64,000 bases of DNA. Origin: the human T2T-CHM13v2.0 reference genome, Homo sapiens. The notes beneath the pieces are model-generated. The model was not told the origin of the DNA and ran no database searches. It saw nothing but the letters and a program-made list of their open reading frames with translations. The stretch is from NCBI RefSeq assembly GCF_009914755.1, contig NC_060925.1, one strand, 5' to 3'. A program made the position numbers and the translations under genes. Shown here one piece after another: positions 1 to 14,800 of this stretch; positions within the stretch are counted from its first letter, which is position 1, and each line of letters begins with the position of its first letter.

Positions 1-448
1 ATCGAATGGACTGGAATGGAATCATTGAATGGACTCGAAAGGGATCATTATTGAATGGAATTGAATGGAATCATCGAATGGTCTCGATTGGAATCATTAC
101 CAAATGGAATCGAATGGAATCACCGAATAGAATCGAATGGAACAATCATCGAATGGACTCAAATGGAATTATCCTCAAATGGAATCGAATGGAATTATCG
201 AATGCAATCGAATGGAATTATCGAATGCAATCGAATAGAATCATCGAATGGACTCGAATGGAATCATCGAATGGAATGGAATGGAACAGTCAATGAACTC
301 GAATGGAATCATCATTGAATGGAATCGAATGGAATCATCGAGTGGAATCGAATGGAATTATGATCAAATGGAATCGAATGTATTCATCATCAAATGGAAT
401 CAAAAATAACCATCATCAATTGGTATTGAATGGAATTGTCATCAAATG

Positions 449-454
449 GAATTC
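449..454. other. EcoRI site (GAATTC), once per unit (first instance); defines the classical ~1.77-kb EcoRI fragment
   Basis: GGAATTCAAAGG is seen in the C segment of each unit inspected. Confidence 0.85.
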
Positions 455-583
455 AAAGGAATCATCATCAAATGGAACCGAATGGAATCCTCATTGAATG
501 GAAATGAAAGGGGTCATCATCTAATGGAATCGCATGGAATCATCATCAAATGGAATCGAATGGAATCATCATCAAATGGAATC

Positions 584-594
584 TAATGGAATCA
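584..594 (+). promoter_or_regulatory. TAATGGAATCA, matching the DUX4 consensus TAAYBBAATCA (first instance; second site at 1518-1528; about two per unit)
   Basis: Motif seen directly in ATCTAATGGAATCATTG and GCTAATGGAATCAAC. DUX4 binding and activation of HSATII is established; occupancy of these particular copies is not shown. Confidence 0.5.
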
Positions 595-3500
595 TTGAAC
601 AGAATTGAATGGAATCGTCATCGAATGAATTGAATGCAATCATCGAATGGTCTCGAATGGAATCATCTTCTAATGGAAAGGAATGGAATCATCGCATAGA
701 ATCGAATGGAATTATCATCGAATGGAATCGAATGGTATCAACACCAAACGGAAAAAAACGGAATTATCGAATGGAATCGAAGAGAATCTTCGAACGGACC
801 CGAATGGAATCATCTAATGGAATGGAATGGAATAATCCATGGACTCGAATGCAATCATAATCGAATGGAATCGAATGGAATCATCGAATGGACTCGAATG
901 GAATAATCATTGAACGGAATCGAATGGAATCATCATCGGATGGAAATGAATGGAATCATCATCGAATGGAAATGAAAGGAGTCATCATCTAATGGAATTG
1001 CATGGAATCATCATAAAATGGAATCGAATGGAATCAACCTCAAATGGAATCAAATGGAATCATTGAACGGAATTGAATGGAATCGTCATCGAATTAATTG
1101 ACTGCAATCATCGAATGGTCTCGAATGGAATCATCTTCAAATGGAATGGAATGGAATCATCGCATAGAATCGAATGGAATTATCATCGAATGGAATCGAA
1201 TGGAATCAACATCAAACGGAATAAAAACGGAATTATCGAATGGAATCGAAGAGAATCATCGAATGGACCCGAATGGAATCATCTAATGGAATGGAATGGA
1301 ATAATCCATGGACTCGAATGCAATCATCATCGAATGGAATCGAATGGAATCATCGAATGGACTCGAATGGAATAATCATTGAACGGAATCGAATGGAATC
1401 ATCATCGGATGGAAATGAATGGAATCATCATCGAATGGAATCGAATAGAATTATGGAATGAAATCCAGTGTGATCATCATCGAATGGACCCGAATGGAAT
1501 CATCATCCAACGGAAGCTAATGGAATCAACATCGAATGAATCGAATGGAAACACCATCGAATTGAAACGAATGGAATTATCATGAAATTGAAATGGATGG
1601 ACTCATCATCGAATGGATTCGAATGGAATCATCGAATAAAATTGATTGAAATCATCATGCAATGGAATCGAATGGTATCATTGAATGGAATCGAATGGAA
1701 TCATCATCAGATGGAAATGAATGGAATCGTCATAGAATGGAATCGAATGGATTCATTGAATGGAATCAGATGGAATCATCGAATGGACTGGAATGGAATC
1801 ATTGAATGGACTCGAAAGGGATCATTATTGAATGGAATTGAATGGAATCATCGAATGGTCTCGATTGGAATCATTATCACATGGAATCGAATGGAATCAC
1901 CGAATAGAATCGAATGGAACAATCATCGAATGGACTCAAATGGAATTATCCTCAAATGGAATCGAATGGAATTATCGAATGCAATCGAATGGAATTATCG
2001 AATGCAATCGAATAGAATCATCGAATGGACTCGAATGGAATCATCGAATGGAATGGAATGGAACAGTCAATGAACTCGAATGGAATCATCATTGAATGGA
2101 ATCGAATGGAATCATCGAGTGGAATCGAATGGAATTATGATCAAATGGAATCGAATGTATTCATCATCAAATGGAATCAAAAATAACCATCATCAATTGG
2201 TATTGAATGGAATTGTCATCAAATGGAATTCAAAGGAATCATCATCAAATGGAACCGAATGGAATCCTCATTGAATGGAAATGAAAGGGGTCATCATCTA
2301 ATGGAATCGCATGGAATCATCATCAAATGGAATCGAATGGAATCATCATCAAATGGAATCTAATGGAATCATTGAACAGAATTGAATGGAATCGTCATCG
2401 AATGAATTGAATGCAATCATCGAATGGTCTCGAATGGAATCATCTTCTAATGGAAAGGAATGGAATCATCGCATAGAATCGAATGGAATTATCATCGAAT
2501 GGAATCGAATGGTATCAACACCAAACGGAAAAAAACGGAATTATCGAATGGAATCGAAGAGAATCTTCGAACGGACCCGAATGGAATCATCTAATGGAAT
2601 GGAATGGAATAATCCATGGACTCGAATGCAATCATAATCGAATGGAATCGAATGGAATCATCGAATGGACTCGAATGGAATAATCATTGAACGGAATCGA
2701 ATGGAATCATCATCGGATGGAAATGAATGGAATCATCATCGAATGGAAATGAAAGGAGTCATCATCTAATGGAATTGCATGGAATCATCATAAAATGGAA
2801 TCGAATGGAATCAACCTCAAATGGAATCAAATGGAATCATTGAACGGAATTGAATGGAATCGTCATCGAATTAATTGACTGCAATCATCGAATGGTCTCG
2901 AATGGAATCATCTTCAAATGGAATGGAATGGAATCATCGCATAGAATCGAATGGAATTATCATCGAATGGAATCGAATGGAATCAACATCAAACGGAATA
3001 AAAACGGAATTATCGAATGGAATCGAAGAGAATCATCGAATGGACCCGAATGGAATCATCTAATGGAATGGAATGGAATAATCCATGGACTCGAATGCAA
3101 TCATCATCGAATGGAATCGAATGGAATCATCGAATGGACTCGAATGGAATAATCATTGAACGGAATCGAATGGAATCATCATCGGATGGAAATGAATGGA
3201 ATCATCATCGAATGGAATCGAATAGAATTATGGAATGAAATCCAGTGTGATCATCATCGAATGGACCCGAATGGAATCATCATCCAACGGAAGCTAATGG
3301 AATCAACATCGAATGAATCGAATGGAAACACCATCGAATTGAAACGAATGGAATTATCATGAAATTGAAATGGATGGACTCATCATCGAATGGATTCGAA
3401 TGGAATCATCGAATAAAATTGATTGAAATCATCATGCAATGGAATCGAATGGTATCATTGAATGGAATCGAATGGAATCATCATCAGATGGAAATGAATG

Positions 3501-4049
3501 GAATCGTCATAGAATGGAATCGAATGGATTCATTGAATGGAATCAGATGGAATCATCGAATGGACTGGAATGGAATCATTGAATGGACTCGAAAGGGATC
3601 ATTATTGAATGGAATTGAATGGAATCATCGAATGGTCTCGATTGGAATCATTATCACATGGAATCGAATGGAATCACCGAATAGAATCGAATGGAACAAT
3701 CATCGAATGGACTCAAATGGAATTATCCTCCAATGGAATCGAATGGAATTATCGAATGCAATCGAATGGAATTATCGAACGCAATCGAATAGAATCATCG
3801 AATGGACTCGAATGGAATCATCGAATGGAATGGAATGGAACAGTCAATGAACTCGAATGGAATCATCATTGAATGGAATCGAATGGAATCATCGAGTGGA
3901 ATCGAATGGAATTATGATCAAATGGAATCGAATGTAATCATCATCAAATGGAATCAAAAATAACCATCATCAATTGGTATTGAATGGAATTGTCATCAAA
4001 TGGAATTCAAAGGAATCATCATCAAATGGAACCGAATGGAATCCTCATT

Positions 4050-4985
4050 GAATGGAAATGAAAGGGGTCATCATCTAATGGAATCGCATGGAATCATCAT
4101 CAAATGGAATCGAATGGAATCATCATCAAATGGAATCTAATGGAATCATTGAACAGAATTGAATGGAATCGTCATCGAATGAATTGAATGCAATCATCGA
4201 ATGGTCTCGAATGGAATCATCTTCTAATGGAAAGGAATGGAATCATCGCATAGAATCGAATGGAATTATCATCGAATGGAATCGAATGGTATCAACACCA
4301 AACGGAAAAATACGGAATTATCGAATGGAATCGAAGAGAATCTTCGAACGGACCCGAATGGAATCATCTAATGGAATGGAATGGAATAATCCATGGACTC
4401 GAATGCAATCATCATCGAATGGAATCGAATGGAATCATCGAATGGACTCGAATGGAATAATCATTGAACGGAATCGAATGGAATCATCATCGGATGGAAA
4501 CGAATGGAATCATCATCGAATGGAAATGAAAGGAGTCATCATCTAATGGAATTGCATGGAATCATCATAAAATGGAATCGAATGGAATCAACATCAAATG
4601 GAATCAAATGGAATCATTGAACGGAATTGAATGGAATCGTCATCGAATGAATTGACTGCAATCATCGAATGGTCTCGAATGGAATCATCTTCAAATGGAA
4701 TGGAATGGAATCATCGCATAGAATCGAATGGAATTATCATCGAATGGAATCGAATGGAATCAACATCAAACGGAAAAAAACGGAATTATCGAATGGAATC
4801 GAAGAGAATCATCGAATGGACCCGAATGGAATCATCTAATGGAATGGAATGGAATAATCCATGGACTCGAATGCAATCATCATCGAATGGAATCGAATGG
4901 AATCATCGAATGGACTCGAATGGAATAATCATTGAACGGAATCGAATGGAATCATCATCGGATGGAAATGAATGGAATCATCATC
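4050..4985 (+). repeat. Internal 468-bp direct duplication (A/B sub-repeats), present in nearly every unit
   Basis: Paired pseudo-ORF starts at 4163/4631, 5939/6407 etc. differ by 468. About 14 diagnostic substitutions by eye (e.g. GGGG/GGAG, TTGAATGC/TTGACTGC, GGTATCAACACC/GGAATCAACATC, TCTTCGAACGG/TCATCGAATGG). Confidence 0.93.
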
Positions 4986-5825
4986 GAATGGAATCGAATA
5001 GAATTATGGAATGAAATCCAGTGTGATCATCATCGAATGGACCCGAATGGAATCATCATCCAACGGAAGCTAATGGAATCAACATCGAATGAATCGAATG
5101 GAAACACCATCGAATTGAAACGAATGGAATTATCATGAAATTGAAATGGATGGACTCATCATCGAATGGATTCGAATGGAATCATCGAATAAAATTGATT
5201 GAAATCATCATCCAATGGAATCGAATGGTATCATTGAATGGAAACGAATGGAATCATCATCAGATGGAAATGAATGGAATCGTCATAGAATGGAATCGAA
5301 TGGATTCATTGAATGGAATCAGATGGAATCATCGAATGGACTGGAATGGAATCATTGAATGGACTCGAAAGGGATCATGATTGAATGGAATTGAATGGAA
5401 TCATCGAATGGTCTCGATTGGAATCATTATCAAATGGAATCGAATGGAATCACCGAATAGAATCGAATGGAACAATCATCGAATGGACTCAAATGGAATT
5501 ATCCTCCAATGGAATCGAATGGAATTATCGAATGCAATCGAATGGAATTAACGAATGCAATCGAATAGAATCATCGAATGGACTCGAATGGAATCATCGA
5601 ATGGAATGGAATGGAACAGTCAATGAACTCGAATGGAATCATCATTGAATGGAATCGAATGGAATCATCGAGTGGAATCGAATGGAATTATGATCAAATG
5701 GAATCGAATGTAATCATCATCAAATGGAATCAAAAATAACCATCATCAATTGGTATTGAATGGAATTGTCATCAAATGGAATTCAAAGGAATCATCATCA
5801 AATGGAACCGAATGGAATCCTCATT
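4050..5825 (+). repeat. Representative canonical 1,776-bp unit: A (4050-4517) + B (4518-4985) + C (4986-5825)
   Basis: GAATGGAAATGAAAGGGGTCATC at 4050 and GAATGGAAATGAAAGGAGTCATC at 4518 (offset 468). The C segment carries unit-unique words CCAGTGTGATC, CGGAAGCTAA, GGAACAGTCAATG and CAAAAATAACC. Confidence 0.92.
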
Positions 5826-8800
5826 GAATGGAAATGAAAGGGGTCATCATCTAATGGAATCGCATGGAATCATCATCAAATGGAATCGAATGGAATCATC
5901 ATCAAATGGAATCTAATGGAATCATTGAACAGAATTGAATGGAATCGTCATCGAATGAATTGAATGCAATCATCGAATGGTCTCGAATGGAATCATCTTC
6001 TAATGGAAAGGAATGGAATCATCGCATAGAATCGAATGGAATTATCATCGAATGGAATCAAATGGTATCAACACCAAACGGAAAAAAACGGAATTATCGA
6101 ATGGAATCGAAGAGAATCTTCGAACGGACCCGAATGGAATCATCTAATGGAATGGAATGGAATAATCCATGGACTCGAATGCAATCATCATCGAATGGAA
6201 TGGAATGGAATCATCGAATGGACTCGAATGGAATAATCATTGAACGGAATCGAATGGAATCATCATCGGATGGAAACGAATGGAATCATCATCGAATGGA
6301 AATGAAAGGAGTCATCATCTAATGGAATTGCATGGAATCATCATAAAATGGAATCGAATGGAATCAACATCAAATGGAATCAAATGGAATCATTGAACGG
6401 AATTGAATGGAATCGTCATCGAATGAATTGACTGCAATCATCGAATGGTCTCGAATGGAATCATCTTCAAATGGAATGGAATGGAATCATCGCATAGAAT
6501 CGAATGGAATTATCATCGAATGGAATCGAATGGAATCAACATCAAATGGAAAAAAACGGAATTATCGAATGGAATCGAAGAGAATCATCGAATGGACCCG
6601 AATGGAATCATCTAATGGAATGGAATGGAATAATCCATGGACTCGAATGCAATCATCATCGAATGGAATCGAATGGAATCATCGAATGGACTCGAATGGA
6701 ATAATCATTGAACGGAATCGAATGGAATCATCATCGGATGGAAATGAATGGAATCATCATCGAATGGAATCGAATAGAATTATGGAATGAAATCCAGTGT
6801 GATCATCATCGAATGGACCCGAATGGAATCATCATCCAACGGAAGCTAATGGAATCAACATCGAATGAATCGAATGGAAACACCATCGAATTGAAACGAA
6901 TGGAATTATCATGAAATTGAAATGGATGGACTCATCATCGAATGGATTCGAATGGAATCATCGAATAAAATTGATTGAAATCATCATCGAATGGAATCGA
7001 ATGGTATCATTGAATGGAATCGAATGGAATCATCATCAGATGGAAATGAATGGAATTGTCATAGAATGGAATGGAATGGATTCATTGAATGGAATCAGAT
7101 GGAATCATCGAATGGACTGGAATGGAATCATTGAATGGACTCGAAAGGGATCATGATTGAATGGAATTGAATGGAATCATCGAATGGTCTCGATTGGAAT
7201 CATTATCAAATGGAATCGAATGGAATCACCGAATAGAATCGAATGGAACAATCATCTAATGGACTCAAATGGAATTATCCTCCAATGGAATCGAATGGAA
7301 TTATCGAATGCAATCGAATGGAATTATCGAATGCAATCGAATAGAATCATCGAAAGGACTCGAATGGAATCATCGAATGGAATGGAATGGAACAGTCAAT
7401 GAACTCGAATGGAATCATCATTGAATGGAATCGAATGGAATCATCGAGTGGAATCGAATGGAATTATGATCAAATGGAATCGAATGTAATCATCATCAAA
7501 TGGAATCAAAAATAACCATCATCAATTGGTATTGAATGGAATTGTCATCAAATGGAATTCAAAGGAATCATCATCAAATGGAACCGAATGGAATCCTCAT
7601 TGAATGGAAATGAAAGGGGTCATCATCTAATGGAATCGCATGGAATCATCATCAAATGGAATCGAATGGAATCATCATCAAATGGAATCTAATGGAATCA
7701 TTGAACAGAATTGAATGGAATCGTCATCGAATGAATTGAATGCAATCATCGAATGGTCTCGAATGGAATCATCTTCTAATGGAAAGGAATGGAATCATCG
7801 CATAGAATCGAATGGAATTATCATCGAATGGAATCGAATGGTATCAACACCAAACGGAAAAAAACGGAATTATCGAATGGAATCGAAGAGAATCTTCGAA
7901 CGGACCCGAATGGAATCATCTAATGGAATGGAATGGAATAATCCATGGACTCGAATGCAATCATCATCGAATGGAATCGACTGGAATCATCGAATGGACT
8001 CGAATGGAATAATCATTGAACGGAATCGAATGGAATCATCATCGGATGGAAACGAATGGAATCATCATCGAATGGAAATGAAAGGAGTCATCATCTAATG
8101 GAATTGCATGGAATCATCATAAAATGGAATCGAATGGAATCAACATCAAATGGAATCAAATGGAATCATTGAACGGAATTGAATGGAATCGTCATCGAAT
8201 GAATTGACTGCAATCATCGAATGGTCTCGAATGGAATCATCTTCAAATGGAATGGAATGGAATCATCGCATAGAATCGAATGGAATTATCATCGAATGGA
8301 ATCGAATGGAATCAACATCAAATGGAAAAAAACGGAATTATCGAATGGAATCGAAGAGAATCATCGAATGGACCCGAATGGAATCATCTAATGGAATGGA
8401 ATGGAATAATCCATGGACTCGAATGCAATCATCATCGAATGGAATCGAATGGAATCATCGAATGGACTCGAATGGAATAATCATTGAACGGAATCGAATG
8501 GAATCATCATCGGATGGAAATGAATGGAATCATCATCGAATGGAATCGAATAGAATTATGGAATGAAATCCAGTGTGATCATCATCGAATGGACCCGAAT
8601 GGAATCATCATCCAACGGAAGCTAATGGAATCAACATCGAATGAATCGAATGGAAACACCATCGAATTGAAACGAATGGAATTATCATGAAATTGAAATG
8701 GATGGACTCATCATCGAATGGATTCGAATGGAATCATCGAATAAAATTGATTGAAATCATCATCGAATGGAATCGAATGGTATCATTGAATGGAATCGAA

Positions 8801-11800
8801 TGGAATCATCATCAGATGGAAATGAATGGAATTGTCATAGAATGGAATGGAATGGATTCATTGAATGGAATCAGATGGAATCATCGAATGGACTGGAATG
8901 GAATCATTGAATGGACTCGAAAGGGATCATGATTGAATGGAATTGAATGGAATCATCGAATGGTCTCGATTGGAATCATTATCAAATGGAATCGAATGGA
9001 ATCACCGAATAGAATCGAATGGAACAATCATCTAATGGACTCAAATGGAATTATCCTCCAATGGAATCGAATGGAATTATCGAATGCAATCGAATGGAAT
9101 TATCGAATGCAATCGAATAGAATCATCGAAAGGACTCGAATGGAATCATCGAATGGAATGGAATGGAACAGTCAATGAACTCGAATGGAATCATCATTGA
9201 ATGGAATCGAATGGAATCATCGAGTGGAATCGAATGGAATTATGATCAAATGGAATCGAATGTAATCATCATCAAATGGAATCAAAAATAACCATCATCA
9301 ATTGGTATTGAATGGAATTGTCATCAAATGGAATTCAAAGGAATCATCATCAAATGGAACCGAATGGAATCCTCATTGAATGGAAATGAAAGGGGTCATC
9401 ATCTAATGGAATCGCATGGAATCATCATCAAATGGAATCGAATGGAATCATCATCAAATGGAATCTAATGGAATCATTGAACAGAATTGAATGGAATCGT
9501 CATCGAATGAATTGAATGCAATCATCGAATGGTCTCGAATGGAATCATCTTCTAATGGAAAGGAATGGAATCATCGCATAGAATCGAATGGAATTATCAT
9601 CGAATGGAATCGAATGGTATCAACACCAAACGGAAAAAAACGGAATTATCGAATGGAATCGAAGAGAATCTTCGAACGGACCCGAATGGAATCATCTAAT
9701 GGAATGGAATGGAATAATCCATGGACTCGAATGCAATCATCATCGAATGGAATCGACTGGAATCATCGAATGGACTCGAATGGAATAATCATTGAACGGA
9801 ATCGAATGGAATCATCATCGGATGGAAACGAATGGAATCATCATCGAATGGAAATGAAAGGAGTCATCATCTAATGGAATTGCATGGAATCATCATAAAA
9901 TGGAATCGAATGGAATCAACCTCAAATGGAATCAAATGGAATCATTGAACGGAATTGAATGGAATCGTCATCGAATGAATTGACTGCAATCATCGAATGG
10001 TCTCGAATGGAATCATCTTCAAATGGAATGGAATGGAATCATCGCATAGAATCGAATGGAATTATCATCGAATGGAATCGAATGGAATCAACATCAAACG
10101 GAAAAAAACGGAATTATCGAATGGAATCGAAGAGAATCATCGAATGGACCCGAATGGAATAATCTAATGGAATGGAATGGAATAATCCATGGACTCGAAT
10201 GCAATCATCATCGAATGGAATCGAATGGAATCATCGAATGGACTCGAATGGAATAATCATTGAACGGAATCGAATGGAATCATCATCGGATGGAAATGAA
10301 TGGAATCATCATCGAATGGAATCGAATAGAATTATGGAATGAAATCCAGTGTGATCATCATCGAATGGACCCGAATGGAATCATCATCCAACGGAAGCTA
10401 ATGGAATCAACATCGAATGAATCGAATGGAAACACCATCGAATTGAAACGAATGGAATTATCATGAAATTGAAATGGATGGACTCATCATCGAATGGATT
10501 CGAATGGAATCATCGAATAAAATTGATTGAAATCATCATCCAATGGAATCGAATGGTATCATTGAATGGAATCGAATGGAATCATCATCAGATGGAAATG
10601 AATGGAATCGTCATAGAATGGAATCGAATGGATTCATTGAATGGAATCAGATGGAATCATCGAATGGACTGGAATGGAATCATTGAATGGACTCGAAAGG
10701 GATCATTATTGAATGGAATTGAATGGAATCATCGAATGGTCTCGATTGGAATCATTATCAAATGGAATCGAATGGAATCACCGAATAGAATCGAATGGAA
10801 CAATCATCAAATGGACTCAAATGGAATTATCCTCCAATGGAATCGAATGGAATTATCGAATGCAATCGAATGGAATTATCGAATGCAATCGAATAGAATC
10901 ATCGAATGGACTCGAATGGAATCATCGAATGGAATGGAATGGAACAGTCAATGAACTCGAATGGAATCATCATTGAATGGAATCGAATGGAATCATCGAG
11001 TGGAATCGAATGGAATTATGATCAAATGGAATCGAATGTAATCATCATCAAATGGAATCAAAAATAACCATCATCAATTGGTATTGAATGGAATTGTCAT
11101 CAAATGGAATTCAAAGGAATCATCATCAAATGGAACCGAATGGAATCCTCATTGAATGGAAATGAAAGGGGTCATCATCTAATGGAATCGCATGGAATCA
11201 TCATCAAATGGAATCGAATGGAATCATCATCAAATGGAATCTAATGGAATCATTGAACAGAATTGAATGGAATCGTCATCGAATGAATTGAATGCAATCA
11301 TCGAATGGTCTCGAATGGAATCATCTTCTAATGGAAAGGAATGGAATCATCGCATAGAATCGAATGGAATTATCATCGAATGGAATCGAATGGTATCAAC
11401 ACCAAACGGAAAAAAACGGAATTATCGAATGGAATCGAAGAGAATCTTCGAACGGACCCGAATGGAATCATCTAATGGAATGGAATGGAATAATCCATGG
11501 ACTCGAATGCAATCATCATCGAATGGAATGGAATGGAATCATCGAATGGACTCGAATGGAATAATCATTGAACGGAATCGAATGGAATCATCATCGGATG
11601 GAAATGAATGGAATCATCATCGAATGGAAATGAAAGGAGTCATCATCTAATGGAATTGCATGGAATCATCATAAAATGGAATCGAATGGAATCAACATCA
11701 AATGGAATCAAATGGAATCATTGAACGGAATTGAATGGAATCGTCATCGAATGAATTGACTGCAATCATCGAATGGTCTCGAATGGAATCATCTTCAAAT

Positions 11801-14800
11801 GGAATGGAATGGAATCATCGCATAGAATCGAATGGAATTATCATCGAATGGAATCGAATGGAATCAACATCAAACGGAAAAAAACGGAATTATCGAATGG
11901 AATCGAAGAGAATCATCGAATGGACCCGAATGGAATCATCTAATGGAATGGAATGGAATAATCCATGGACTCGAATGCAATCATCATCGAATGGAATCGA
12001 ATGGAATCATCGCATGGACTCGAATGGAATAATCATTGAACGGAATCGAATGGAATCATCATCGGATGGAAATGAATGGAATCATCATCGAATGGAATCG
12101 AATAGAATTATGGAATGAAATCCAGTGTGATCATCATCGAATGGACCCGAATGGAATCATCATCCAACGGAAGCTAATGGAATCAACATCGAATGAATCG
12201 AATGGAAACACCATCGAATTGAAACGAATGGAATTATCATGAAATTGAAATGGATGGACTCATCATCGAATGGATTCGAATGGAATCATCGAATAAAATT
12301 GATTGAAATCATCATCCAATGGAATCGAATGGTATCATTGAATGGAATCGAATGGAATCATCATCAGATGGAAATGAATGGAATCGTCATAGAATGGAAT
12401 CGAATGGATTCATTGAATGGAATCAGATGGAATCATCGAATGGACTGGAATGGAATCATTGAATGGACTCGAAAGGGATCATGATTGAATGGAATTGAAT
12501 GGAATCATCGAATGGTCTCGATTGGAATCATTATCAAATGGAATCGAATGGAATCACCGAATAGAATCGAATGGAACAATCATCGAATGGACTCAAATGG
12601 AATTATCCTCCAATGGAATCGAATGGAATTATCGAATGCAATCGAATGGAATTATCGAATGCAATCGAATAGAATCATCGAATGGACTCGAATGGAATCA
12701 TCGAATGGAATGGAATGGAACAGTCAATGAACTCGAATGGAATCATCATTGAATGGAATCGAATGGAATCATCGAGTGGAATCGAATGGAATTATGATCA
12801 AATGGAATCGAATGTAATCATCATCAAATGGAATCAAAAATAACCATCATCAATTGGTATTGAATGGAATTGTCATCAAATGGAATTCAAAGGAATCATC
12901 ATCAAATGGAACCGAATGGAATCCTCATTGAATGGAAATGAAAGGGGTCATCATCTAATGGAATCGCATGGAATCATCATCAAATGGAATCGAATGGAAT
13001 CATCATCAAATGGAATCTAATGGAATCATTGAACAGAATTGAATGGAATCGTCATCGAATGAATTGAATGCAATCATCGAATGGTCTCGAATGGAATCAT
13101 CTTCTAATGGAAAGGAATGGAATCATCGCATAGAATCGAATGGAATTATCATCGAATGGAATCGAATGGTATCAACACCAAACGGAAAAATACGGAATTA
13201 TCGAATGGAATCGAAGAGAATCTTCGAACGGACCCGAATGGAATCATCTAATGGAATGGAATGGAATAATCCATGGACTCGAATGCAATCATCATCGAAT
13301 GGAATCGACTGGAATCATCGAATGGACTCGAATGGAATAATCATTGAATGGAATCGAATGGAATAATCATCGGATGGAAACGAATGGAATCATCATCGAA
13401 TGGAAATGAAAGGAGTCATCATCTAATGGAATTGCATGGAATCATCATAAAATGGAATCGAATGGAATCAACATCAAATGGAATCAAATGGAATCATTGA
13501 ACGGAATTGAATGGAATCGTCATCGAATGAATTGACTGCAATCATCGAATGGTCTCGAATGGAATCATCTTCAAATGGAATGGAATGGAATCATCGCATA
13601 GAATCGAATGGAATTATCATCGAATGGAATCGAATGGAATCAACATCAAACGGAAAAAAACGGAATTATCGAATGGAATCGAAGAGAATCATCGAATGGA
13701 CCCGAATGGAATCATCTAATGGAATGGAATGGAATAATCCATGGACTCGAATGCAATCATCATCGAATGGAATCGAATGGAATCATCGAATGGACTCGAA
13801 TGGAATAATCATTGAACGGAATCGAATGGAATCATCATCGGATGGAAATGAATGGAATCATCATCGAATGGAATCGAATAGAATTATGGAATGAAATCCA
13901 GTGTGATCATCATCGAATGGACCCGAATGGAATCATCATCCAACGGAAGCTAATGGAATCAACATCGAATGAATCGAATGGAAACACCATCGAATTGAAA
14001 CGAATGGAATTATCATGAAATTGAAATGGATGGACTCATCATCGAATGGATTCGAATGGAATCATCGAATAAAATTGATTGAAATCATCATCCAATGGAA
14101 TCGAATGGTATCATTGAATGGAAACGAATAGAATCATCATCAGATGGAAATGAATGGAATCGTCATAGAATGGAATCGAATGGATTCATTGAATGGAATC
14201 AGATGGAATCATCGAATGGACTGGAATGGAATCATTGAATGGACTCGAAAGGGATCATGATTGAATGGAATTGAATGGAATCATCGAATGGTCTCGATTG
14301 GAATCATTATCAAATGGAATCGAATGGAATCACCGAATAGAATCGAATGGAACAATCATCGAATGGACTCAAATGGAATTATCCTCCAATGGAATCGAAT
14401 GGAATTATCGAATGCAATCGAATGGAATTATCGAATGCAATCGAATAGAATCATCGAATGGACTCGAATGGAATCATCGAATGGAATGGAATGGAACAGT
14501 CAATGAACTCGAATGGAATCATCATTGAATGGAATCGAATGGAATCATCGAGTGGAATCGAATGGAATTATGATCAAATGGAATCGAATGTAATCATCAT
14601 CAAATGGAATCAAAAATAACCATCATCAATTGGTATTGAATGGAATTGTCATCAAATGGAATTCAAAGGAATCATCATCAAATGGAACCGAATGGAATCC
14701 TCATTGAATGGAAATGAAAGGGGTCATCATCTAATGGAATCGCATGGAATCATCATCAAATGGAATCGAATGGAATCATCATCAAATGGAATCTAATGGA

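Noticed and set aside
749-762. CGGAAAAAAACGG A-tract as a terminator or retroposon poly(A) remnant
   Set aside because: It has only 7 As, sits at a fixed position in both A and B, and aligns in register with a degenerate GGAATCGAATGG motif.
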